64,000 nt of DNA from the NCBI GenBank assembly GCA_944383015.1, contig CALWOC010000002.1, positions 177,972 to 241,971 on the forward strand. The letters are read 5' to 3'. The notes beneath the pieces are model-generated. The model was not told where the DNA came from and ran no database searches. It was given only the letters and a program-made list of their open reading frames with translations. Below, piece after piece: positions 9,362 through 18,772 of the stretch. The first letter of the stretch is position 1; the number at the start of each line of letters is the position of its first letter. This stretch comes from an uncultured Clostridia bacterium. Lineage in GTDB: Bacteria > Bacillota > Clostridia > TANB77 > CAG-465. Position numbers and translations under genes: made by a program.

Positions 9362-11407
9362 ATGAAAAAGATAATAAGATTTACTTTTATATTTATAATG
9401 TTATTTACACTAAGTATATTAATAAACAATGTAAATGCCGAAACATATAATGTGAATGATCGTATAGATTTAGGACAGTATAACATATATTGTAGGCAGG
9501 GAGCAAGCTACATAAGATATAGAGGTATAGGACAACTTAACTATATGTATTTTTATAAAGATTATAATAACGTAGAGCATAAAGCTTTTTGCTTAAATTT
9601 AGGAATGGAGGGTGCTGAAGCAGGAGATTATAATGTTGATGTAAATGAAATAATTTCAGACCCAAAAGTAGCAAGTATACTTATTTCAGGTAGTCCATAT
9701 AAAACACTAAAAGAGTTAGGATTAAACAATGAGGATGAAGCAAGTTTTGCTACTCAGTTTGCTGTATGGGCATATTTAGAAAATCTTGACTTGAATGCTA
9801 TAACTCCTTATTCAAAAGGAAATGAAAATGTAGTTAATGCTATACGAAATATATACAATGATGGTATGAATATGAATTATACATCAACAGCTATATTAAA
9901 TGTTGAAAAAAATGGTAGTGCAGACATTGATAGTATAGATAGAGAATTCTATTCTCAAACATACAAGTTATCGCATAACGAAAATATAAAAAATATAAGC
10001 TTATCTTTAATGGGAGCAGATAATATAAAAATAACAGATTTAAAAAATAATGAAATATCAAGTATAAATAATGTAAACGAATTTAAAGTATTAGTACCTA
10101 GAACTAGTATTAATGAGGATAAGAATATCAAATTAAATTTTAGAACTGAGGCTAGGCAAACATCTGTAATGTTTGGTGCTACAACTAGAAGTGATAGACA
10201 AAATATTGGACTTTTACTTGATCCAGTAAATTTTAGAACAGTTCAAAGTAATTTTGATATAGAATATAAAACTATGAATATAACATTAAAAAAAATTGAT
10301 AAAGATACCAAAGAAGGTATTAAAGGTGTTACTTTTAAATTTGAAACACTTGATGGAGAAGAATTGGGCAAATATGTTACAGGGGAAAATGGAATAATAC
10401 AACTCGATGTACAAAAAGATTTAAAGCTTTTTAAAGAACAAAAAATAAAAGTAACAGAAATTGCTGTACCAGATAACTATTATATTGATGAAGAAAATTG
10501 TAGTAAAATAATAGATGTAAAATGGGGAGAAAATATAACTATTGAGTTTCAAAATGAAAAGATAAAAGGAAACATTAAAGTCGTAAAATTAAGCTCGGAA
10601 GACAATAAATACACTAATTTATTAAAAAAATCTCCTTTAAAAGATGTTGAGTTTGAAATACTTGATATAAATGGAAAAATTGCGGATAAAATTAAAACAA
10701 ATGAAGAGGGAATAGCGATTACTAAAGACTTAGTTAAAGGAACTTATTATATAAAGGAAACAAAACAAGCTAAATACTATTTACTAAATAAAGAGATATA
10801 TGAAGTTGAAATAGTTAATCATAAAGATCTAATAGAACAAGAAATACTAAATGATAGTGTTGATATAAATATTGAAATAGAGAAAAAAGGTTTTATTGAA
10901 ACACAAAATAAAGATAATATATACTATAATTTTAAAAATATTCACAATAAATCAAATGTACCACTAGATAATTTTACTTGGAATGATATGTTACCAGTAG
11001 AAGCAGTAAGGCTTGATAAAATATATACTGGTACTTGGAATGAAAAATTGGAGTATAGTGTATGGTATAAAACCAATAAGAATGATTTTAGAATATTTAT
11101 TGATAAATTAGATTCGGAAAAAGTGTATGAATTAGATTTTAAAAATTTGAAATTAGAAGAGGATGAATATATAACTGAGTTTGAATTTAGATTTGGAAAA
11201 GTAAAAGTGGATTTCCACGAAATAGAAAGCCCAATTGTATATGTGAATGTGCAAAACAACTTAAAAAATGGTTTTACATTTACTAATCATACAAAAGTAT
11301 CAGGAAATTATTTAGAGGAAAGAATTGAAGATAAAGATGAGTGGACTACTATTATTTATAATAGAAAAGTTAAATTAAATAAGGAATTACCTAAAACAGG
11401 TTGTTAA
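9362..11407 (+). CDS. Thioester-domain (TED/TQXA) adhesin with CnaB/SpaA-like repeats and terminal LPKTG
   Basis: Signal peptide, AFCLN and ATQFAVW motifs, KKIDKDT..GVTF and YYIKET repeats, ELPKTGC-stop. Confidence 0.8.
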   Translation: MKKIIRFTFIFIMLFTLSILINNVNAETYNVNDRIDLGQYNIYCRQGASYIRYRGIGQLNYMYFYKDYNNVEHKAFCLNLGMEGAEAGDYNVDVNEIISDPKVASILISGSPYKTLKELGLNNEDEASFATQFAVWAYLENLDLNAITPYSKGNENVVNAIRNIYNDGMNMNYTSTAILNVEKNGSADIDSIDREFYSQTYKLSHNENIKNISLSLMGADNIKITDLKNNEISSINNVNEFKVLVPRTSINEDKNIKLNFRTEARQTSVMFGATTRSDRQNIGLLLDPVNFRTVQSNFDIEYKTMNITLKKIDKDTKEGIKGVTFKFETLDGEELGKYVTGENGIIQLDVQKDLKLFKEQKIKVTEIAVPDNYYIDEENCSKIIDVKWGENITIEFQNEKIKGNIKVVKLSSEDNKYTNLLKKSPLKDVEFEILDINGKIADKIKTNEEGIAITKDLVKGTYYIKETKQAKYYLLNKEIYEVEIVNHKDLIEQEILNDSVDINIEIEKKGFIETQNKDNIYYNFKNIHNKSNVPLDNFTWNDMLPVEAVRLDKIYTGTWNEKLEYSVWYKTNKNDFRIFIDKLDSEKVYELDFKNLKLEEDEYITEFEFRFGKVKVDFHEIESPIVYVNVQNNLKNGFTFTNHTKVSGNYLEERIEDKDEWTTIIYNRKVKLNKELPKTGC

Positions 11408-11412
11408 AAATC

Positions 11413-11452
11413 GGTGTGAGAGTGTAAATGCTCTTGCACCTTTATTTTTTTT
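11413..11452 (+). terminator. Intrinsic terminator
   Basis: ggtgtgagagt...gctcttgcacc plus T run. Confidence 0.75.
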
Positions 11453-11547
11453 GCCCTATATTCTGCCAAAAGTTTTCAAAAAGTTGTTAAAAGTTATATA
11501 ATATGATAAAATAAACAATAAAAATTGTTAAAGTAAAGGTGTAAAAT

Positions 11548-14500
11548 ATGAAGATTATAGATAATAAATTTGAAAAATTTGGAGATGACTTAAAAAATGA
11601 AATCCAAAAGGGAGATAAATGCTTAGTTGCCTCTGCTGTTTTTTCAATGTATGGATATGAAGAATTAAAAAAAGAATTAAATGAAATAGAGGAATTTAAT
11701 TTTATTTTTACTAATCCTACATTTATTAAAAAAGAAAATGAAGTAAAACAGGAAAGACAATTTGAAATAGATAGTTTTAAAAGAGAAAAGGGAATAGCAG
11801 GTTCTGAATTTGAAATAAAATTAAAAAATAAAATGAATGGAAAAGCTATTGCCAAGGAATGTGCTGAGTGGATAAGAAGAAAAGCTAAATTTAAAAGTAA
11901 TGTAAATAGTAATCCAATACAAAGCTTTATGAATATAAATGATAGAGTAACGTATCAAAATGTTAATGAAATATCATCTGCTGGGCTAGGCTATCAAAAG
12001 GATAATACAGTATTTTACCCTATTACAAAAATTGATGATAATTACGAAACAACAAAATTTTATTTAAAAAATTTTGAGGAATTATGGAATAATAAAAATC
12101 AATTTAAGGATGTTACAGATGAAGTAGTTGACTTTATAAATGATTTATATAAAGAAAATTCACCTGAATTTATATATTATATAACTTTATATAATATTTT
12201 TAATGAATTTTTAGAGGATATTACTGAAGATGAATTGGCAAATGAGAAAACTGGATTTAAAGACTCAGTAATTTGGAATACTTTATATGATTTTCAAAAA
12301 GATGCTGCTTTAGGTATAATTAACAAATTAGAAAGATATAATGGCTGTATTTTAGCAGATAGTGTTGGCTTAGGTAAAACTTTTACTGCATTAGCAGTAA
12401 TTAAATATTACCAAGAGAGAAATAAAAGTGTACTTGTATTATGTCCAAAGAAATTAAGCAACAACTGGAATACTTACAATAATGAATATAAAGATAATAT
12501 TTTAGCAAAAGATAGATTCAATTATAAAGTGTTATTTCATACTGATTTATCTAGGAAAAAAGGGTTTTCAGGGGAAACCGATTTATCAAGAATAAATTGG
12601 GGAAATTTTGATTTAGTAGTTATAGATGAATCACATAATTTTAGAAATTATAATGCTAGAAAAGAAAAAGAAACAAGATATGATAGATTGATGAATGAAG
12701 TTATGAAAGCAGGAGTAAAAACTAAAGTATTAATGCTTTCAGCAACTCCTGTTAATAATAAATTTACAGACCTAAAAAATCAGTTAGCATTGGCTTATGA
12801 AGGTAAAACTGATAAAATAGATGAAAAAATAAGTGCTACAAAATCTATTGATACAATATTAAAAAATGCACAATCTTGTTTTAATGAATGGAGTAGATTA
12901 CCGATAGAAGAAAGGACAAGCAAAGAATTATTAAAAAGATTGAATACTAACTTTGATTTCTTTAAATTACTTGATAGTGTTACTATTGCTAGGAGTAGAA
13001 GACATATAGAAAAATACTATAATATAAATGATATTGGTAAGTTCCCTACAAGACTTACACCAATAAGCAAAAATTGTGAAATAACAGATTTAGATAATTT
13101 TATGTCTGTGAAAGATATTGCAGATACTTTAACAAGATTAAGTATGTGTATATATTCTCCATTTGATTATATATTACCAAGCAAATTATCAATATATGAA
13201 GAAAAATATGATGTTAAAGTTGGTAGTGGAAAAGCTAGTTTTAAACAATCAGATAGAGAAAGTAGTTTGAAAATCTTAATGAGAATTAATTTATTGAAAA
13301 GATTAGAAAGTTCAGTAGATAGTTTTAGAATTACACTATTGAAAATTCTTGAACAAATTAATGAAACAGTTATATCAATAGAAAAATATAGAAAAAATGG
13401 AATATTAAAATCAATTGAAGATATTGAAGTTACTAATTTTAATGCTGATGAAAATATAGAAGAATTAATGGATGATGAATTTTCTATTGGAAAAAAAGTA
13501 AAAATTAACTTAGGAGATATGGATGTTTTAAGTTGGAAAGACGATTTACTATTTGATGCAGAAATTTTAGAGTCTTTATTACAGGAATTAAAAACTGTTA
13601 CACCTAAACATGATACAAAGCTTAATACATTGCTTAAAATTATAGAAGATAAGATCAATAATCCTATTAATAAAAATAATAAAAAAGTAATTGTATTTAG
13701 TGCTTTTGCAGATACAGCTAATTATCTATATAAAAATGTATCTGGATATTTTAAGGAAAAATACAATATTGATACAGCAAAAGTTACTGGTAGTGGAACA
13801 AATGAGTGTACCTTAAGAATAAGTAATGATTACAACAATATTTTAATGAATTTTTCTCCAAAATCAAAACATAGAGAAGTAATTGAACCTACTATGAGAG
13901 ATGAAATTGATATTTTAATAGCAACTGATTGTATAAGTGAAGGACAAAATTTACAGGATTGTGATTATTTAATAAATTATGATATACATTGGAATCCTGT
14001 AAGAATAATTCAAAGATTTGGAAGAGTAGATAGAATAGGTTCCGACAATGAAGTTATACAACTTGTAAATTTTTGGCCTAATATGAGTTTAGATGATTAT
14101 ATTAAATTAAAAAATAGGGTTGAAGATAGAATGATGATGTCTGATATAGCTAGTACAGGAGAAGACAATGTCTTAACGAATAAATCCAGTGATATGGAAT
14201 ACAGAAAAGAACAATTAAAAAGACTTAAAGAAGAAGTGGTAGACTTAGAAGAGATGAATACTGGTATATCAATTACTGACTTAGGATTAAATGAATTTAG
14301 AATGGATTTAGTTGAATATGTAAAACAAAATGGAGAACTTAATAAAGTACCAAATGGTATGCATTCAGTAGTAAAGGAAGACATTGAAAATGGAATTGAA
14401 AAGGGTGTTATATATATTTTAAAAAATATAAGTTCATCAGTAAATATAGATAATACTAACCAATTACATCCTTTTTATATGGTATATATAAAAGATGATG

Positions 14501-14799
14501 GAACAATTAAATCCAATCATTTAACTGTAAAGAATACACTAGATATTTTAAGGGTGCTTGCAAAAGGAAAAAATGACCCAATAAAACAAGCATATAATAA
14601 ATTTAATGATATAACAGATGATGGAAGAAACATGTCAAAGTATTCAGAACTTTTAAATGAAGCAATAAAATCAATAATTGATGTAAAAGAAGAGTCTGAT
14701 ATTGATAGTTTATTTAGAAAGGGTGGTACAACGATGTTACAAAATGATATAAAGGGATTAGAGGACTTTGAATTAATATCATTTTTAGTAATCGTTTAA
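11548..14799 (+). CDS. SNF2-family helicase associated with type III R-M
   Basis: LADSVGLGKT, IDESHNFRN, LSATP, SEGQNLQ, QRFGRVDRIG. Confidence 0.9.
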   Translation: MKIIDNKFEKFGDDLKNEIQKGDKCLVASAVFSMYGYEELKKELNEIEEFNFIFTNPTFIKKENEVKQERQFEIDSFKREKGIAGSEFEIKLKNKMNGKAIAKECAEWIRRKAKFKSNVNSNPIQSFMNINDRVTYQNVNEISSAGLGYQKDNTVFYPITKIDDNYETTKFYLKNFEELWNNKNQFKDVTDEVVDFINDLYKENSPEFIYYITLYNIFNEFLEDITEDELANEKTGFKDSVIWNTLYDFQKDAALGIINKLERYNGCILADSVGLGKTFTALAVIKYYQERNKSVLVLCPKKLSNNWNTYNNEYKDNILAKDRFNYKVLFHTDLSRKKGFSGETDLSRINWGNFDLVVIDESHNFRNYNARKEKETRYDRLMNEVMKAGVKTKVLMLSATPVNNKFTDLKNQLALAYEGKTDKIDEKISATKSIDTILKNAQSCFNEWSRLPIEERTSKELLKRLNTNFDFFKLLDSVTIARSRRHIEKYYNINDIGKFPTRLTPISKNCEITDLDNFMSVKDIADTLTRLSMCIYSPFDYILPSKLSIYEEKYDVKVGSGKASFKQSDRESSLKILMRINLLKRLESSVDSFRITLLKILEQINETVISIEKYRKNGILKSIEDIEVTNFNADENIEELMDDEFSIGKKVKINLGDMDVLSWKDDLLFDAEILESLLQELKTVTPKHDTKLNTLLKIIEDKINNPINKNNKKVIVFSAFADTANYLYKNVSGYFKEKYNIDTAKVTGSGTNECTLRISNDYNNILMNFSPKSKHREVIEPTMRDEIDILIATDCISEGQNLQDCDYLINYDIHWNPVRIIQRFGRVDRIGSDNEVIQLVNFWPNMSLDDYIKLKNRVEDRMMMSDIASTGEDNVLTNKSSDMEYRKEQLKRLKEEVVDLEEMNTGISITDLGLNEFRMDLVEYVKQNGELNKVPNGMHSVVKEDIENGIEKGVIYILKNISSSVNIDNTNQLHPFYMVYIKDDGTIKSNHLTVKNTLDILRVLAKGKNDPIKQAYNKFNDITDDGRNMSKYSELLNEAIKSIIDVKEESDIDSLFRKGGTTMLQNDIKGLEDFELISFLVIV

Positions 14800-14805
14800 T
14801 GAAAT

Positions 14806-16338
14806 ATGGAAGAAGTATATGAGTTATTAGATTTACCAAAAGAAACAGAAGTAAATAAAATAGTAGATAAAGAAAAATTTATAAATAATGGAAATATAGA
14901 TAATGAATTAAAAGAAATCTTAACAAAATATGTTGAAACTATAAATTGGAAGTATAGTTTAAAGGGAAGTATATTAGATATCCCCACATATAATTCGATT
15001 AATATGCAATATTCAGAATTAGAAATTTTTGAAGTTACAATTAATAATAATTTATGTGTTTATGATGTTGCACTAGCAATAGGAAGGTGTATACAATACC
15101 CTGTAATATTATTTATAAAAAAAGATAAGAAATTTAAAATTGGGACTTATTATGTAAGAGAAAATAAAAAAGATTATACTAAAAATGTTGTCCAAGATAT
15201 AGTGTATACAGGATGGTTCAATTATAACAATATTACTGGAAGAATTGAGGAAATTTTAAAAGAAATAAATTTTAGTAATTTGCCTAAAAAAAATATTTAT
15301 GAACTGTATAAATATATTGATACTAAAATTATAAAGTATCATTCTAGTTATCTATTAATGTCAAGTGTAAAAGAATTATTTAATAATTATAATTTTAACG
15401 AGATAAAATATAATTTTAATGATTTAAAAAATAAAAGTGAAATAATAAAAATAGATGAAAATACGCTAAATAAATTTGATTGGATGAAAATAAATAAACT
15501 AGAAAAGTATAAGAAAAACTATGATAACTCGAATTTGATGTTTTGTAAAGACGAGATTTTTAATTACATATCAAATAATTATGTAGGAAAAGGATTTAAA
15601 GATTATAAAGACTTTATTAGACAAATTGAAAGTACCAAGAAAAGAGAAAATGCGAAAGACAATAAGAAGAGTGAGGCATATGTATGTCTTTGGCAAGTTA
15701 ATGGGAGATGTTCAAATTATAAATCAACAAAATATGATAAATTGTGCAAAAAATATAGTGATTGTATTTTATTTACTAAGAAAAAAGTAACTATTTCAGA
15801 AATTCCTACTTACGATATAAAAAGTAGCACTTATAAAAATGAAGAATTAGATAAACATTATGATAATAAGATAGAGAATTTAGTTGAGTATGGAGATACT
15901 GTAAATATAGTAGATAGTAATGAAGTAGAAAAAAGATTTGTAATTATAAAAATTAATGATATATTACCTGAAATTCCTAAAATTTGTTTAAATAAAAAAA
16001 TAAATGAAATATTTTTACATAAGGGGAAAGAATACAAAATTGTTAGTATTAAAAAAAATCAAAGCAATATAAATAAATTAACAAATATAGAAAAAGAAGA
16101 AAAAAATAATGAAAATAGTTTTGTTGAATTTAATGATAAAGTTGAAGTTACTATGAAATATACTTATGGAAAAGATAATAAAGAAAATTGTACTAAAGTA
16201 ACTTTTACTGTTAGAGATGATGCTATTTCTTCAAAAAGTTATATGCATCAAATTTGCCTAAATAAAGAAATAGGTTTTAAGTTTAAAATAGGTAAAAAAG
16301 ATTGTGAAATTGTAAATATATATAAAGGAAAAAGATAG
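14806..16338 (+). CDS. DUF4391-like protein with Cys cluster and two GreA/GreB C-terminal-like repeats
   Basis: N-terminus similar to neighbouring 201 aa protein (LP.E..VNK, EIFE); C-terminal duplicated VE.G/ND.V...ICLNK.I...IV.I.K. Confidence 0.65.
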   Translation: MEEVYELLDLPKETEVNKIVDKEKFINNGNIDNELKEILTKYVETINWKYSLKGSILDIPTYNSINMQYSELEIFEVTINNNLCVYDVALAIGRCIQYPVILFIKKDKKFKIGTYYVRENKKDYTKNVVQDIVYTGWFNYNNITGRIEEILKEINFSNLPKKNIYELYKYIDTKIIKYHSSYLLMSSVKELFNNYNFNEIKYNFNDLKNKSEIIKIDENTLNKFDWMKINKLEKYKKNYDNSNLMFCKDEIFNYISNNYVGKGFKDYKDFIRQIESTKKRENAKDNKKSEAYVCLWQVNGRCSNYKSTKYDKLCKKYSDCILFTKKKVTISEIPTYDIKSSTYKNEELDKHYDNKIENLVEYGDTVNIVDSNEVEKRFVIIKINDILPEIPKICLNKKINEIFLHKGKEYKIVSIKKNQSNINKLTNIEKEEKNNENSFVEFNDKVEVTMKYTYGKDNKENCTKVTFTVRDDAISSKSYMHQICLNKEIGFKFKIGKKDCEIVNIYKGKR

Positions 16339-16339
16339 T

Positions 16340-16945
16340 ATGATAAAATTGCCAAAAGAATGTAATGTAAATAAATTTATTCCTAAAAAAACTTTTTACG
16401 AAAAGATAGGGATAAATAATGCTATAAAGAATGACTTTACAAATTATATAGAAAAGATAGTATGGATGTACAAATTGTCAGAAGAAAATATAAATATATC
16501 TAAAACTGACAAAGTTGAAGAAATAGAGATATTTGAAATTGAACTAAAAGATAAGAAAATACCTAAAAATATTTTGAAAGTAATTTCAAAATCTATTCCA
16601 TATAAAATACTTTTTATATTAAAGTATTTGCAAGAGTTTTGCTATGTAGTTGCAGAAGAAGAGATTTATAGTACAGAATGGAATAAAGAAATAAAATTTG
16701 ATTTTATTGGATATAACTTAACAAATGTTTATGAAAAAATTATAAAAACAATAATAGAAAAAGAAGATTCAAATAGCAATTTAGAAGAAATATTAGAAAA
16801 GGAAAAAAGAATTAACGAATTAAATAACCAAATAGAACAATTAACTAATAAAATGAATAAAGAAGTTCAATTTAAAAAGAAAGTTGAATTAAATCAAAAA
16901 ATAAGAAGTTTAAAAGGTAAATTGGAGGAGATAAAGGATGAATAA
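16340..16945 (+). CDS. DUF4391 family protein
   Basis: LPKECNVNKFIPKKTFYE start, KEVQFKKKVELN coiled-coil end; typical position before mod. Confidence 0.8.
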   Translation: MIKLPKECNVNKFIPKKTFYEKIGINNAIKNDFTNYIEKIVWMYKLSEENINISKTDKVEEIEIFEIELKDKKIPKNILKVISKSIPYKILFILKYLQEFCYVVAEEEIYSTEWNKEIKFDFIGYNLTNVYEKIIKTIIEKEDSNSNLEEILEKEKRINELNNQIEQLTNKMNKEVQFKKKVELNQKIRSLKGKLEEIKDE

Positions 16946-18758
16946 GTTAGATATGCAATCTCAAGATATAGTAAATAAGAATATAGAAAATATAAGTAAA
17001 TTATTTCCTAATTGTGTAATAGAAGGAAAAATCGATTTTGAAGCATTAAGACAGGAATTATCAAGAGATTTAATTGATGATAAAAAAGAAAAGTACCAAT
17101 TAACTTGGGTAGGAAAACAAGAATCGATTATCAATGCTAATACACCTACAAATAAAACATTAATACCAGTGAAGGAAAAATCTGTTGATTTTGACAATAC
17201 TAAAAATATTTATATTGAAGGAGATAATTTAGAAGTTTTAAAAATATTGCAAGAGTCATATCTTAATAAAATAAAATGTATTTATATCGACCCTCCATAT
17301 AATACTGGAAATGATTTTATTTATAATGATAGTTTTGCCAAAGAAAGTAATGAAGAATTAGAAGATAGTGGACAAGTTGATGAATATAATAATAGGTTAG
17401 TAACAAATAATGAGTCAAATGGTAGATTTCATAGTGATTGGCTTAATATGATGTATTCAAGACTGAAATTATCAAGAAATTTACTAAAAGATGATGGTTT
17501 TATTTTTATTTCTATTGATGATAATGAACAAGCAGTATTAAAAATGATATGTAATGAAATTTTTGGAGAAAAAAATTTCATAGCACAATTTATGTGGAAA
17601 AGGAAAAAGGAGATATCTAATGACTCAAAAAATGTCGCTATTCAAGGAGAGTATATTATATGTTACAAAAAAAGTAATAGTGGATTTTTGAAATTTGAAC
17701 CATTATCTGAAGAGTATATAAAAAAATCTTATAATGAACCAAATGATAAATTTCCTTTAGGAAAATGGAGACCTGTTCCATTAACTGTTTCAAAAGGATT
17801 AACAGGAGGAGGGTATGAATATGCAATAAAAACTCCATCTGGAATAGAGTATACTAGAGTATGGGCTTATCCTGAAAAAAGTTATAAAAAGTTGGAAGAA
17901 AGTGGCTTAGTTTATTTTGGAAAGAATAATGATTCTGTACCTCAAAGAGTAATGTATGAAATGGATAGTAAAGGTCAACCAGTATCCAACTATTGGGATA
18001 GCATTGCAACAAATAAAGAAGGGAAAAAAGAAATTTTAGATTTGTTTAAAGATAATATTTTTGATACTCCTAAACCTGTAAAACTATTAAACAGAATTTT
18101 TAATTTAGTTATTGAAAATGGTGATATAGTATTAGATTTTTTTAGTGGTAGTTCTACGACTGCACACTCTATTATGGAATTAAATTCGGTCAAGTATAAG
18201 GAATTAAAATATATTTTAATTCAGGTGCCAGAAGAATGTGATAAAAAGTCTGAAGCATATAAAGATGGTTATAAAACTATATGTGATATTGGGGAAGAAA
18301 GAATAAGAAGGGCAAGTGAAAAAATAAAAGAAGAAACAAATGCAGATATAGATTATGGATTTAGAGTATATAAAGTGGGTTCTTCCAATATGAAGGATGT
18401 ATATTATTCTCCTTCCGATTTAGACCAAACCCAATTAGGTATGTTTGATTCTAATATAAAAGAAGATAGAACTGCTGAAGATTTATTAACTCAAGTTATT
18501 TTGGATTTAGGACTTACTTTAGATTTGAAAATAGAAGAAAAAAATATACTAAATAATAAGGTATATTTTGTAGATGAAAATTCGCTAGTTGCTTGTTTTG
18601 ATGATGAATTAAATATTGATATTGTAGATGAAATTTGTAAATGCAATCCTATAAAAGTTGTATTTAAGGATGAATCATTTAAAAATGATAGTGATAAAAT
18701 AAATCTTGAGGAAAGATTTAAAATGAGATTACCAAATATTGATATTAATGTTTTATAA
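16938..18758 (+). CDS. mod: Type III R-M methyltransferase subunit
   Basis: IEGDNLEVLK, IYIDPPYNTG, HSDWLNMMYSRL, TPKP, LDFFSGSSTT. Confidence 0.93.
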   Translation: MNKLDMQSQDIVNKNIENISKLFPNCVIEGKIDFEALRQELSRDLIDDKKEKYQLTWVGKQESIINANTPTNKTLIPVKEKSVDFDNTKNIYIEGDNLEVLKILQESYLNKIKCIYIDPPYNTGNDFIYNDSFAKESNEELEDSGQVDEYNNRLVTNNESNGRFHSDWLNMMYSRLKLSRNLLKDDGFIFISIDDNEQAVLKMICNEIFGEKNFIAQFMWKRKKEISNDSKNVAIQGEYIICYKKSNSGFLKFEPLSEEYIKKSYNEPNDKFPLGKWRPVPLTVSKGLTGGGYEYAIKTPSGIEYTRVWAYPEKSYKKLEESGLVYFGKNNDSVPQRVMYEMDSKGQPVSNYWDSIATNKEGKKEILDLFKDNIFDTPKPVKLLNRIFNLVIENGDIVLDFFSGSSTTAHSIMELNSVKYKELKYILIQVPEECDKKSEAYKDGYKTICDIGEERIRRASEKIKEETNADIDYGFRVYKVGSSNMKDVYYSPSDLDQTQLGMFDSNIKEDRTAEDLLTQVILDLGLTLDLKIEEKNILNNKVYFVDENSLVACFDDELNIDIVDEICKCNPIKVVFKDESFKNDSDKINLEERFKMRLPNIDINVL

Positions 18759-18772
18759 AAATGGGGGAAATT

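Noticed and set aside
16938-18758. Phase-variable repeat tract in mod
   Set aside because: No simple-sequence repeat seen in or before the gene
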